DNA of 64,000 nt from Gammaproteobacteria bacterium (GTDB lineage Bacteria; Pseudomonadota; Gammaproteobacteria; SURF-13): NCBI GenBank assembly GCA_003599485.1, contig QZKM01000019.1, positions 9,806 through 73,805 on the forward strand, read 5' to 3'. The position numbers were made by a program, and so were the translations under genes. Under the pieces are notes generated by a model. It was given only the letters and a program-made list of their open reading frames with translations. It had not been told where the DNA came from and ran no database searches. Positions 18,060-28,135 of this stretch are shown in pieces. The stretch's first letter is position 1, and the number at the start of each line of letters is the position of its first letter.

Positions 18060-19581
18060 AACGAAAACGCAATGAATGCAGATGATGGACGATAGCACTC
18101 TTCAGTTCGCGCCCTGAAATAAGCCATCCCAAGTACATATATATCAATGTTCCCGCTATATAGGAGGCGACCAATCCATATAGATCCAATCCAGTTCCGA
18201 AGAAGCCGAGCAGAAGCCAAGGAAGGCCGTAGACAAACAGTCCGACACCAACATAGGCTCCCGATTTCCGGTACCACTGCCACGCCCCGGTCGCCAGGCA
18301 CTCCGAACTGAACCTAGGCAGGAAGAACATCATTTGCACGAAGCTCGCGAGCACCGGTGTGAGCGCGGCCCCGGCCAGCCCGAAATACAGGGTCAGCAAA
18401 ACGGCAGCGGGAATCACGACGGCGAGCGCGAGAAGACTGGGATAGAGCGATATTTCCGGGCGTTTCATGGCGAGCGACAACATGTACGGCACGTACTGAA
18501 GCCCCAGGAGCAGCTGGCCAACCGAGAGAAATATCAGCGGCAACCAGGCCGCCTCCATCACCTGCCGGCTGAAAACGACTTCCATGATGACGATTCCCAG
18601 CATGGCCACTGCCGCGCACAGTGGCACGAGCACATAGGCGGTCAGATCCTGTAGTTTGTGATACTGACTGGTCCAGCGGGAACGTTCCTGGTTGGTGACG
18701 CCGTGAGACAAAGCCGGAAATGCGGCAGTTGCGATGGCGCCGGACACCATGCTTGCTTTCGAGGCGAATCCCTGGGCCACGCCGTAGTAGCCGAGCAGAC
18801 TCACCGGTAGCAAGCGGCTGATGACCCAACGGTCGATCTGGTATAGTAGATAACCCACCATGGAATTGATGAACAACAGAGACCCGAAGCGCACATTGTC
18901 GCGGATGACCGCAGCGCGGAACTTCAGACGTAAGGCATGGAACCCGGCAAGCCTCCCGGCCAAGAATATAAAAATGGCGATTCCAATCAGGGCCGATAAC
19001 GCGTACCAGACGGCGATGGCATACAGATTGCCGCCGACAGCGAGAATCAGTATCAAACCAAGCTGCGTGACTCCTGCGCTGCCAACATTGGCCAGATTGT
19101 AAAGATCTATCCTCTCGTAACCCGCCAAGGTGGCGCCATAAATCGCCCGCGGGACCGACAAGAGCAGCGCGGCCGAGATGATCTGGAAGGCAAGAGTGGC
19201 ATCGGCCGACTCGATTTCGTCGATTTTCAGCCAGTGATTGACGAGATACGGGGACAGCATCACGACGATCAGGCAGGAGACGCCACAAGCGACCCACGCG
19301 AGCACCGAAGTCGAGCCGATCAGGTCTTTTACGTAGTCTCCACGCGATTCCCGATAGGCGGCAATTTCGCGTGTGACCGTATGCGACAGTCCTACGTCAG
19401 ACAGAATGTTAAACACAAAGGTGACTGTTGTCGCGAAATAGATCACGCCGAGTATCTCAAGGCCTAGTTTCTCGAACACAAAGTGAGCGGACACGAGAGC
19501 CAACACCATGAGAAATATCTGTCCCAAGAAATTGGATAAAATGTTTGATCGGAGGCTCGCGGCAGACCCGTATCTACTCAT
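18052..19581 (-). CDS. wzx: Wzx-type O-unit flippase (MOP superfamily)
   Basis: About 12-14 hydrophobic segments, LGLEILG, DVGLSHTVTREIA, YQIDRWVIS, LGYYGVA. Start 19581 gives an ATGA overlap with the wzy stop. Confidence 0.85.
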   Translation of the reverse strand: MSRYGSAASLRSNILSNFLGQIFLMVLALVSAHFVFEKLGLEILGVIYFATTVTFVFNILSDVGLSHTVTREIAAYRESRGDYVKDLIGSTSVLAWVACGVSCLIVVMLSPYLVNHWLKIDEIESADATLAFQIISAALLLSVPRAIYGATLAGYERIDLYNLANVGSAGVTQLGLILILAVGGNLYAIAVWYALSALIGIAIFIFLAGRLAGFHALRLKFRAAVIRDNVRFGSLLFINSMVGYLLYQIDRWVISRLLPVSLLGYYGVAQGFASKASMVSGAIATAAFPALSHGVTNQERSRWTSQYHKLQDLTAYVLVPLCAAVAMLGIVIMEVVFSRQVMEAAWLPLIFLSVGQLLLGLQYVPYMLSLAMKRPEISLYPSLLALAVVIPAAVLLTLYFGLAGAALTPVLASFVQMMFFLPRFSSECLATGAWQWYRKSGAYVGVGLFVYGLPWLLLGFFGTGLDLYGLVASYIAGTLIYMYLGWLISGRELKSAIVHHLHSLRFRYA

Positions 19582-21203
19582 CGGTTGCACCGGATGAATG
19601 CGCACGCAGCGCTGATCAACAAACCAATCATTAAGGCAACGACATCCTCCGTATTCGTTTCTGCTGCAATATTTTCTCTCACCAGCAGCACCAGCAGCAT
19701 TGAAGACATGCCAAGGAGCAGCAAATGACCTTTGTCTGGTGTCATGCTGGCCACCGTAGTCCGGAAGTTGAACCACAACACTGCTATTGAAAAAACAAAA
19801 AGCGACAACCCAATAAAACCTGTTTCAATAAACAGATCAACAAACAGATTCAGGCTGCCAGCGTGCGTATAAACCCGCCCGCTCTCATAATCAATGCTGC
19901 GGGTAACCCCACCAAAACCTTTTCCAACAAGCCAGTCATGCAAGCCCCCCGTCTCCCCGCCCTTGGCACGCATGTACTCACTCGGTGACCGAGGGAGTGT
20001 TTCGCCCGCCTGATAACGCACGATGTCCTCGGCTCTTGTCGAACGGTGAGTTTCTCCAGTACGCAGGCGAACCTCTTCGCTGATCCGTAAACCCAAATAG
20101 GGGGCCAGCAAATCCTGGACGGAGGCGATACGTGTCGCGATGCTGTTTCGCTGCTCCACAACCTTCTTGACTGTTCCGCATGGCACAACGGAATAACCAG
20201 AAATGGTGGATAAGGCGCCCACCATCACAGCCAAACAGGCCAGTGTCATATAGGGCAGTTTCTCAATCCGCCTCCCCCTCCAAAACACAAAGGCAGTCGC
20301 AAGAATCCATGCAAAAAACGGCCCCTTTGTAGCACTCAGAAACACAACCACCGATAACACCATCCACCAAGCCAGAAAGAGCACGCGCAGAAGTTTTTTT
20401 CGCTCGTGGGCCATCGTCAGGGACAAGCCACTTGCTAGCGCGGCCATATAACCGAGATAACCGCGGTTCACTTGGAAGTGCCCAAGCCCCATCGCCTGGC
20501 ATTCTACATAAATGGCCCTGAAGAACTCCGGATAGTATGAGAAAGGGATGGACAGCAACTGCACCACGAATAAAACCGAGAATGAAGCAAAAAATATTTT
20601 AAGCTCACCACGGGCTAAACAGGCCAACGCGCCGATTGCAATAAAGCTGAGCCAATGACCGATAAACATGTAATGACCCTGTTCATTGTTGCCTCTCAAA
20701 CTCGTCTGAAACAGAGAAAAGACAGACCGGGAATGCTCCGGATCAATCTCGAGCATCTGCACTTGCCAGAGGGCGCGGAGGTAGCCAATCAGGAAGAACA
20801 GAGCCAGAGCAGCAATAGCCAGCCAGACTCGCCTGGGCAGGTTCAGGAAACAAGCTAACTCGCCGCGTTTCCACCGGACAAAAAGCAGCGCACAGACCAG
20901 AACGGCGGTAATCACTGTCAAGAATGAAATGTTCGGGTAGAAGGCCATGGAGAGATTGCCAAAAAAATAGTTGCCCAGGAAAAACAGCGCGGCGGCGATC
21001 GGCGGAGCAAGGTAAACGAGGATCACGAACCCTGCGCACAGGGGAAGCAGCGCCATCATGGGCCCGATGGCGAACCAAGACACAAGTTTGGTCCAGCCTA
21101 TTATTAACAGGACCAGTGCATACGCCGCCAAAAGACGGCGGCGATCGGCTTCCGCCTGTGGTTCATGCACGCCGATACTTTCGTGCAAAACTACCATTGA
21201 CAA
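19578..21203 (-). CDS. wzy: O-antigen polymerase/ligase family (Wzy_C-like) membrane protein
   Basis: Multiple TMs, LSATKG motif, large periplasmic loop ending HAGSLNLFVDLFIETGFIGL; adjacent to wzx. Confidence 0.7.
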   Translation of the reverse strand: MSMVVLHESIGVHEPQAEADRRRLLAAYALVLLIIGWTKLVSWFAIGPMMALLPLCAGFVILVYLAPPIAAALFFLGNYFFGNLSMAFYPNISFLTVITAVLVCALLFVRWKRGELACFLNLPRRVWLAIAALALFFLIGYLRALWQVQMLEIDPEHSRSVFSLFQTSLRGNNEQGHYMFIGHWLSFIAIGALACLARGELKIFFASFSVLFVVQLLSIPFSYYPEFFRAIYVECQAMGLGHFQVNRGYLGYMAALASGLSLTMAHERKKLLRVLFLAWWMVLSVVVFLSATKGPFFAWILATAFVFWRGRRIEKLPYMTLACLAVMVGALSTISGYSVVPCGTVKKVVEQRNSIATRIASVQDLLAPYLGLRISEEVRLRTGETHRSTRAEDIVRYQAGETLPRSPSEYMRAKGGETGGLHDWLVGKGFGGVTRSIDYESGRVYTHAGSLNLFVDLFIETGFIGLSLFVFSIAVLWFNFRTTVASMTPDKGHLLLLGMSSMLLVLLVRENIAAETNTEDVVALMIGLLISAACAFIRCNR

Positions 21204-21227
21204 TGCTGTTCATTTCAAAAGGCCGTG

Positions 21228-21995
21228 TCAGCTGGTTCGGCACAGCCAGGCGCCGGGCCAGTGGGTAACATTTTCACGCAATTCGCTCTCATTGAATGGC
21301 CAGGGCGGCTGTTCGATCACAAACTCCGGGTGACTCTGGGAAAACTCAAGCGCGGCGGCGGAGGGGTGATCCCATGTCCAGTCGCGTTTGCCCCGCGGAA
21401 CATCATGCAGAAACTGCATGCTCCCATCCGTCGCCACGATGTAGGAACCCGGCGATACCAGGTCATGGTACGCATTCAGTTCCTCAAGAACATGTTGCTT
21501 CGTGTGGCAGGAATCCAGAATAACGAGCACCCGTTCACCAGGCCGGATCAGCGCTTTCACCTGAGCGACGGTATTCTTATCAATAGAGCTGCCTTCTATC
21601 AAGGCAATAAAGGGGGTAAGCTCATGCTCTTCGATCGCGCGCCGGTTGTGCTTGCGAATTTCGATATCCACGCCAATGACGCGACCTTTGCCCATAGCCT
21701 TGCACAGGCTGGCGTAGAAAATCAGTGATCCACCATGAGCGACTCCAGTTTCCAGGATGACATCGGGCTTGATGCGGTAAACCACCTCCTGGATACGGAT
21801 CAAGTCCTCAGGAAGCTGGATCACGGGCCTTCCCATCCAACTGAACGTGTAGGGATACTTCTGGTCCCATCCGACCTTCAGCCATAGGTGCGAGATCAGT
21901 TTGAAAGCCTCCGGGGAATAGAGCGCATATTCATGGGAACCTTGATTGTCTTCGTTGACAAGAGTCTTGTGATCCGTATCGATAAGTAATTTCAT
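21228..21995 (-). CDS. CmcI (cephalosporin hydroxylase / rhamnosyl O-methyltransferase) family protein
   Basis: WMGRPVIQLPED, KPDVILETGVAHGGS, ILDSCH, YIVATD. Start 21995 gives an ATGA overlap. Confidence 0.88.
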   Translation of the reverse strand: MKLLIDTDHKTLVNEDNQGSHEYALYSPEAFKLISHLWLKVGWDQKYPYTFSWMGRPVIQLPEDLIRIQEVVYRIKPDVILETGVAHGGSLIFYASLCKAMGKGRVIGVDIEIRKHNRRAIEEHELTPFIALIEGSSIDKNTVAQVKALIRPGERVLVILDSCHTKQHVLEELNAYHDLVSPGSYIVATDGSMQFLHDVPRGKRDWTWDHPSAAALEFSQSHPEFVIEQPPWPFNESELRENVTHWPGAWLCRTS

Positions 21996-22924
21996 AGCGC
22001 TTCTTCTGTTTTTATTCCATCTTCCCGTTTCAGGGAATTCTTCCACCATTCGACCGTATGCCGCAGGCCGAAGTCCAGGGTGTAGACGGGATTCCAGCCG
22101 ACCTCCCGGGCCAGACGCGCGGTATCCGCATACATGACCAGCGGCTCGTTGGAGGGGGCGGGCAGCGCGCCGAAATCAACCCTGTCACGACACCCCAAAA
22201 TGTCACCAATCTTTGCTGCAATTTCCCGGATCGCCACCGGTTGCCCAGAGGCAATATTGACCGGACCGATCACTTCACTTTTCAGCAACGCGACAAGCGC
22301 GCGTGCCGCATCTTCAACATGCAGAAAATCCCGCGAGTGAAGCCCGGGGCTGCATTGTGCATGCTCCCCCACCAGCAATGAGCGGGTCGCGGCCGCCACC
22401 AGCCGCGCCGGATGTTCGTGCGGACCGTAGAGAAAGAAAATCCTCGCCCATGCATGACTGAGGCCGGCTTCAGTTGCAAACCGGTCCACCAAGGTATGCA
22501 GGCCGTGCTTGCATAGGCCAAAAAACGAGGTCGGCCGACACGGTGTGACATATTCCGAATATCGTCCCTCGACCCACTCATATTCAGCGCAGGTGCCGGC
22601 AAAGATTGCCCGCTTTCCACCGTGCCGAGCAAATTCGCGCGCCAACAGCAACGAGGCTGCTACCCACTCCAGGTTCTCCGGGGCGCTCCAGTACTTTTTC
22701 GGAACGGTGTACCACGCGAGATGCAGGAGATGAGTCGGCTTGACTTCCTCCACCAGCCGGGAGACGGCACCGGGCGCAACCAAATCGACGGCATGCCAGA
22801 TAACGTTGGTAGAGTTTTGCGGTGGCTGACGCCCGACCGCATGCACATCGCTCCCCCTGCCAGAGAGAAGCGCAATGCAATACTGTCCAATAAATCCAGA
22901 TGCGCCAGTAACTAATACACGCAT
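21992..22924 (-). CDS. NAD-dependent epimerase/dehydratase, probable NDP-4-keto-sugar reductase
   Basis: TGASGFIG, HLAW, GTCAEY, atypical FGLCK at YxxxK, RIFFLYGP, RDFLHVED. Confidence 0.85.
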   Translation of the reverse strand: MRVLVTGASGFIGQYCIALLSGRGSDVHAVGRQPPQNSTNVIWHAVDLVAPGAVSRLVEEVKPTHLLHLAWYTVPKKYWSAPENLEWVAASLLLAREFARHGGKRAIFAGTCAEYEWVEGRYSEYVTPCRPTSFFGLCKHGLHTLVDRFATEAGLSHAWARIFFLYGPHEHPARLVAAATRSLLVGEHAQCSPGLHSRDFLHVEDAARALVALLKSEVIGPVNIASGQPVAIREIAAKIGDILGCRDRVDFGALPAPSNEPLVMYADTARLAREVGWNPVYTLDFGLRHTVEWWKNSLKREDGIKTEEAL

Positions 22925-22952
22925 TATGGCTGGCTCCAGCGCTTAGGGGAAG

Positions 22953-24227
22953 TTAACGTATCCTGTATAATGTCTCAAAGAACTTTTTCTGCACTATTGT
23001 GTTGCGGCTATAGACGATTTCCCACCCCGGCGGTACCGGATACTCTTCCTTGCGAATGACCATGTTATCGCCCGTATTCACCGAGGTTACCCATTGTTTG
23101 CTATAGAAATACCCGTGCGTCATTCGACTGATCTGGAACAAATAATTCCTGATTTGCTCTAACCGCATCTCACCCAGCGAGCTGATATTAAGGAATAAAT
23201 TGAAGTGTTTGTCAGGAAACAGCTCAATCTGCTCTGGAAGGAAGAATGCAATATCTGACTGTTCATAGCCCTTCCGGATATCCTCGAAATTCCGGAATGA
23301 TTGCACTTTAAATATTTTTTTATCTGGAAAAACGTGGCTCAGATACCATTGGGAGACGTAAATTGCTGGCGGAATGTCGAAGACTACGTATTTCATGCCC
23401 GGACTTGCCTTCAGAAACATGTAGGCTGACCTTCCATAGCCGGCGCCCAGTTCCCCGATAATTGCTCGCTCCGGCAAATCAGATATACTGGAGATGCTGT
23501 AATATTCGATCAGGGAATTGCAGACATCCTGCGATGTGCGCATGTTTTTGTAATATACTGGCCAAGGATTACCCAGCGAGGGCTCTTCGATCCGGTCAAA
23601 TAGCTGCTGCCGGTCGACCGATCTCGCCGCCTCGATCAGTCCTGCCATAAAGAGGCGGTAAATAAACCGATTTTGCGGGGCGGACCCCACGTCGTCCGTG
23701 AGCGGGGCCGGTATGCGAATTTTCATGAAATGGTTCAAGACTGCAAGAGGGCTGGCGTGGCGCAGCACCGAGATAAGCTGATCGTCGCGCAGTCCGATCT
23801 TCCACTGAAAATACCCCAAGTTGACCGAGCGCTTGAAATTGGAAACGCCGTTTTCCTTGATCCATCGCAGGTGCAGCAAAAAAAGGTTTTCCCACAGTTT
23901 GGAGGCGCGGTACAAAGATGGGGAATTGGAATAAAGCTTGACGATTCCATGCAGTTCGGAATATTCGTCACGCGCAGATTCTTTCTGGATCTCAGCCGAC
24001 TCATATAGCAGATCGATCTTCTCAACGGCTCTCGCCAGCCTGCGTGAGACTCTGTTCCAGTAGCACTTGGCCTTGTTTGCGACGACTATCAATCCCACGC
24101 CAGCCGCCATCAAGAGATACGGCCCGACACTCGTCCACGCTATCTCAGGAAAATGGACAATCTCCAAGTCCGCCATCAGGAGCCCAATCCCTCCAAGAAT
24201 AATCAACAAGCCGACAATATAAGCCAT
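22953..24227 (-). CDS. Putative sugar O-methyltransferase (TIGR04371-like) with N-terminal TM segments
   Basis: ELGAGYGR, FDIPPA..SQWYL, FLNISSLGEM..EQI..Y. Confidence 0.75.
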   Translation of the reverse strand: MAYIVGLLIILGGIGLLMADLEIVHFPEIAWTSVGPYLLMAAGVGLIVVANKAKCYWNRVSRRLARAVEKIDLLYESAEIQKESARDEYSELHGIVKLYSNSPSLYRASKLWENLFLLHLRWIKENGVSNFKRSVNLGYFQWKIGLRDDQLISVLRHASPLAVLNHFMKIRIPAPLTDDVGSAPQNRFIYRLFMAGLIEAARSVDRQQLFDRIEEPSLGNPWPVYYKNMRTSQDVCNSLIEYYSISSISDLPERAIIGELGAGYGRSAYMFLKASPGMKYVVFDIPPAIYVSQWYLSHVFPDKKIFKVQSFRNFEDIRKGYEQSDIAFFLPEQIELFPDKHFNLFLNISSLGEMRLEQIRNYLFQISRMTHGYFYSKQWVTSVNTGDNMVIRKEEYPVPPGWEIVYSRNTIVQKKFFETLYRIR

Positions 24228-24260
24228 ATCTTTTAATAATAACGGTTCAGATTCGGGATA

Positions 24261-24989
24261 TTAATTCACCGACCGATGAACTTGGCGGAGTATCCGTCCG
24301 GTAGCCTCCACCATTTCCAGCGTCGTGATCGTGTAATAGGGTTCGTTTGTGCGGAACGCTACCAGTTGCCGCCGCGTGATCAAGCGGGGGAGAAACTCCT
24401 TTTCAAACGAGAAATTATGCGCGGGCATCCCTGGCACCATTCCCTTATCCAACAGGAAAAAACCAATATCCACACCCTGGTGTTCCGCGCCCGCCGGAAT
24501 GGCGCCGTAGGACAGCACGTATCCGTCTTTTGACATGTGGATATTGTTCCGAAAACCGTATTCTCCCCTGCCATCCCTATTGTTATACACGGTCACCATC
24601 ACTGGCGCGGCCATTTTTTCATAGGTGCACGTCATCTCATCCAGCGGAAGCGGCCAGTAATTATCACCGTACATTAGCAGGAATCTGTCGGCCAATAACG
24701 CCTTGGCGTTCCGCACACGGGTTCCGGTTTCGTCGTCCACCGTGCCGATGGAATACCGGATGCGCAGGCCGAATCGGCCTCCGTCGCCAAAGTATTCGGT
24801 AATTTTCTCGGGGAGATAGCCCAGCAGCATCACGATCTCGGTGATGCCGCTGACGCGCAACCGCTCAACCAGGTATTCCAGAAACGGGCGCTCATTCACA
24901 GGCACCATGGGTTTCGGAAGATTGTTGGTGAGCGGTCGCAGGCGCTCGCCCCTGCCGCCGGCCAGAATGACCGCCTGGTTGATTTGCAT
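24261..24989 (-). CDS. Second sugar-phosphate nucleotidyltransferase
   Basis: VILAGGRGERL, PKPMVPVNERPFL, ETGTR, LMYGDNY. Start placed at 24989 (TGATG overlap). Confidence 0.88.
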   Translation of the reverse strand: MQINQAVILAGGRGERLRPLTNNLPKPMVPVNERPFLEYLVERLRVSGITEIVMLLGYLPEKITEYFGDGGRFGLRIRYSIGTVDDETGTRVRNAKALLADRFLLMYGDNYWPLPLDEMTCTYEKMAAPVMVTVYNNRDGRGEYGFRNNIHMSKDGYVLSYGAIPAGAEHQGVDIGFFLLDKGMVPGMPAHNFSFEKEFLPRLITRRQLVAFRTNEPYYTITTLEMVEATGRILRQVHRSVN

Positions 24990-26023
24990 CAACCCGTCCA
25001 TCTCAAGTCGGGATTTACCTTGTGCTCATCGAGCAGATACCGAATCTGTTTCAGACGGATGCAGTCTCTACCGCGAAACTGCTCTTCGGTAAAGTTGATA
25101 CGGCGGAATAAACCCACCAATTCCTTTCCTCCTCGGTCGAGATCCCATTGCGGCTTGTAGTAATCCTTCAGCCGCGTGAGTATCTTGCGGAAGCTCACCC
25201 GGTAGGTGCGTGAGTCGGCGCCATGCTCGCCGGTGAAGATCAGAGTACTTCCCGGTACGGACCGCTGGGCCGCCTCGGCCAAGTCACGCACGGTGTAATT
25301 ACCGTTCATGATGCCAATGTTGAACGATTCGCCAGCCACGAGCTCCCGTGGCGCTTCAAGACAGGCGATGAATGCATTTGAGACATCGCGGACGTGGACC
25401 ACCGGACGCCAAGGCGTGCCGTCGCTCTTGATTTCTATCTTTCCAGTCGTGTAGGCGCAGGCCACCAGATTGTTAAACACGATGTCGCAGCGCAGGTTCG
25501 GGCTTGCGCCGAATACAGTGGATGGTCGCAAGGCGGTAATGGTGAAGCCGTCGCCGCTCATACGCATCAGTTCGATCTCGGCGTCCCATTTGGTCCGGGC
25601 GTAGGCCGTAACGGGGATTTTCTGGCTACTGTCTTCTTCCACTTCCTGACTTACATCGGCAATGCCATACATGCTCTGGGAGGAAGCATAGATGAATCGT
25701 TTTACTCCCGCTTCCCTGGCGCACAGGGCGAATAACAAGGTCCCGCGGAAATTGATATCTTCTGTAAGACCGGGGGCCAGTTCTCCAAGCGGATCGTTTG
25801 AAAGGCCAGCCAGATGCATCACAGCGTCAACGCCGCGCAGATCGTCACGGGTGACATCACGGACATCCTTGCATATCTGACCGTGTATCTTTGGATAGGC
25901 ATAAAGCTCACCACCGGCATAATAGCCGGTGTCGTAGCCAATGACGGTATGGCCATTCTGCATCAGCATCTCACACAGAACCGGTCCGATATAACCTTTG
26001 TTTCCTGTTACCAGAACGTTCAT
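24989..26023 (-). CDS. NAD-dependent epimerase/dehydratase (extended SDR)
   Basis: TGNKGYIG, HLAGLSND, YARTK, RPSTVFGASPNLRCDIVFNNL. Confidence 0.9.
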   Translation of the reverse strand: MNVLVTGNKGYIGPVLCEMLMQNGHTVIGYDTGYYAGGELYAYPKIHGQICKDVRDVTRDDLRGVDAVMHLAGLSNDPLGELAPGLTEDINFRGTLLFALCAREAGVKRFIYASSQSMYGIADVSQEVEEDSSQKIPVTAYARTKWDAEIELMRMSGDGFTITALRPSTVFGASPNLRCDIVFNNLVACAYTTGKIEIKSDGTPWRPVVHVRDVSNAFIACLEAPRELVAGESFNIGIMNGNYTVRDLAEAAQRSVPGSTLIFTGEHGADSRTYRVSFRKILTRLKDYYKPQWDLDRGGKELVGLFRRINFTEEQFRGRDCIRLKQIRYLLDEHKVNPDLRWTG

Positions 26024-26616
26024 GCTTGCTCGGCCAGATAGTCGAAATAGTCTTTGAAGTACTTGGTCATAAGATGAAGGATCACGCCGTGCACGCTTTC
26101 GACCAGTTCATACTGACCTTTTTCACTGGGAATCCGGATCTTAGCATCGGCCAGTGGGTCGAGGCCGCCGCCGTCGAAGCCCGACAGCCCGATGACTGGA
26201 ATCTTGTAGCGCCTGGCCAACTCCACCGCCTTGATCACGTTGGGCGAATTTCCCGAGCTTGAGATCGCGATCACCGTGTCCGAATCCTGTATGTAATTGT
26301 GCAGTGGCCCGGCGAAAACCATATCAAATCCGACATCGTTGGCCCACGCCGTAAGCTCTTCCTCCGTCGTCGGCAGGCGTATCGCCTGGAAGCGGCGGCT
26401 GTGCTTGTCGAGGTGGTGGCTAAAAACCGTTTTGTTAAAATCGCTGACCCAGTGTGTGGCGAGAGCCAGAGAGCCGCCGTTGCCGAACACGTAGATGCGG
26501 CCGTCACGTTCGTACGTTGCCTGCAGGATATCCAGCGCCTTGGCGATTTCTTCCTTGGGCAGGTCGCTCAGAGCAGCGATGACGTGCTGCGAGAAGTTTT
26601 GTATGTACTCTTCCAT
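26020..26616 (-). CDS. gmhA: SIS-domain sugar-phosphate isomerase, GmhA-like (divergent active-site residues)
   Basis: GNGGS, AWANDVGF, AISSSGNSPNV, SGFDGG. Confidence 0.7.
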   Translation of the reverse strand: MEEYIQNFSQHVIAALSDLPKEEIAKALDILQATYERDGRIYVFGNGGSLALATHWVSDFNKTVFSHHLDKHSRRFQAIRLPTTEEELTAWANDVGFDMVFAGPLHNYIQDSDTVIAISSSGNSPNVIKAVELARRYKIPVIGLSGFDGGGLDPLADAKIRIPSEKGQYELVESVHGVILHLMTKYFKDYFDYLAEQA

Positions 26617-26622
26617 TGCCGT

Positions 26623-27648
26623 TTAACTGGGGATCACGCGGTGGGTGGAGTCACCGTTCACCAGCACTTCCACACCGGACTGCACAAAACGCACGGGAAC
26701 CTCGTTGAACCGGCCGAGCCCATGCGCATGGGCCACACCGCGCAAAGCCTCCCGGATGGCGGCATGTTGTTCCAGCGGCGCGATGAACAGGATGCAGCCG
26801 CCGCCTCCCGCTCCCAGTACCTTGCCCCCCCATGCCCCGTGCTCCATGCCCGCATTATACATGGCGTCGAGCGCCGTATTGGACACGTTCGATGCCAGTG
26901 TCCTCTTCTTCATCCACGTGGCGTGCAGCATCCGGCCGAGTTGCTCAAACTCCCCGCGCAACAGGCAGTCACGGAATTCCAGAACGGAATCGGCCATCTC
27001 CCGCAGAGTGGCGAAATTTTTTGCCGTGCCCGCCTTCTGCTCCGCCAGCACGCTCGATGCAAGACGCGTGATGCCGGTGAAGAAAACCAGGATGTGCCGC
27101 TCAAAATGCAGACGTCTCTTGTAATCCAAACGCAGTGGGATGACATCTACAGACTCGTCCGGATTGAACCGGTAAATATTGAATCCGCCGAATGCTGACG
27201 CATACTGATCCTGTTTTCCGATCGGTTCCCTCACGAGATCAATCTCCAGCCGGCAGGCTGCCTCGGCTGCCTCCCGCTTGTCCATGCGCCGACCCTGGGA
27301 CATATACAGACCCTTCATGAGCGCAACCGAGAAACTCGATGACGAGCCTAACCCGGCATTGACGAATACGTCGGTGAACGTCGCCACCTCGATGTTGCTA
27401 TGGATGCCGAGATCGAGCAGCGCTTCGCGGATGCGGTCATTCTTGAGCATCGAGGGATGATCTACCATCTCGCCGATGGAATACCGGGCCGATACCTCGC
27501 GCACCAGTGGCGGGCGGTTGATCGCGACATACACATATTTGTCAATCGCGGTCGAGAGCACGAGGCCAGGCGAACGCCGGTAAAAATCAGGGAGATCAGT
27601 CCCCCCTCCGACGAAACTGATGCGCATCGGTGCGCGGACAATCAGCAT
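26623..27648 (-). CDS. Second HddA-like GHMP sugar kinase
   Basis: PMRISFVGGGTD, AGLGSSSS, GKQDQY, GGKVLGAGGGG. Confidence 0.88.
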   Translation of the reverse strand: MLIVRAPMRISFVGGGTDLPDFYRRSPGLVLSTAIDKYVYVAINRPPLVREVSARYSIGEMVDHPSMLKNDRIREALLDLGIHSNIEVATFTDVFVNAGLGSSSSFSVALMKGLYMSQGRRMDKREAAEAACRLEIDLVREPIGKQDQYASAFGGFNIYRFNPDESVDVIPLRLDYKRRLHFERHILVFFTGITRLASSVLAEQKAGTAKNFATLREMADSVLEFRDCLLRGEFEQLGRMLHATWMKKRTLASNVSNTALDAMYNAGMEHGAWGGKVLGAGGGGCILFIAPLEQHAAIREALRGVAHAHGLGRFNEVPVRFVQSGVEVLVNGDSTHRVIPS

Positions 27649-27663
27649 GAGTATTCCTTGGGG

Positions 27664-28131
27664 CTAGTAGTCACGGCGTGTCCAGTTATAGGGAATCTCG
27701 CCGGAATGAGGGTCAATCCGGAGATATTTGAGGCTCGGGTCGTGCGGTTCCGAGGCAACGTTGCACATGATGGAAAACGGCGCCGCCATGCCCTTCGATC
27801 CGTTCGCGACCCCCGGTGGAATATGCACCAGGCAGTAGTTGTCATCCCCGATAAAAAATTCCTGAAGCTGTCTATACGTCGGGGATTTCTCGCGCATGTC
27901 GTAGAGCACGAGTTTAATCATACCGTGCACGCAGATGTAGTTGAGCACCAGCTTTTCATGCATATGCCATCCGTTGATGACGCCCTGATACAGCTTCTTG
28001 AAATAAACTTCGCCGAACTTGCTAAGCATGTTGTCGGCCCGTACCCCATGCAGAATGGTTCCCCGCTCATCCGGAATCCTCCCTAGGGGTGCAATTTTTA
28101 CTCCCTCAATGTTTGTCGTGATGATATCCAT
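27664..28131 (-). CDS. RmlC-like cupin NDP-sugar 3(,5)-epimerase
   Basis: IPDERG, FGEVY, INGWHMH, VLYDMREKSPTY, HIPPGVANG. Confidence 0.85.
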   Translation of the reverse strand: MDIITTNIEGVKIAPLGRIPDERGTILHGVRADNMLSKFGEVYFKKLYQGVINGWHMHEKLVLNYICVHGMIKLVLYDMREKSPTYRQLQEFFIGDDNYCLVHIPPGVANGSKGMAAPFSIMCNVASEPHDPSLKYLRIDPHSGEIPYNWTRRDY

Positions 28132-28135
28132 GGCA

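Noticed and set aside
16917-18095. 392-aa plus-strand ORF
   Set aside because: Lies almost exactly antisense to the GT2 gene; typical shadow frame
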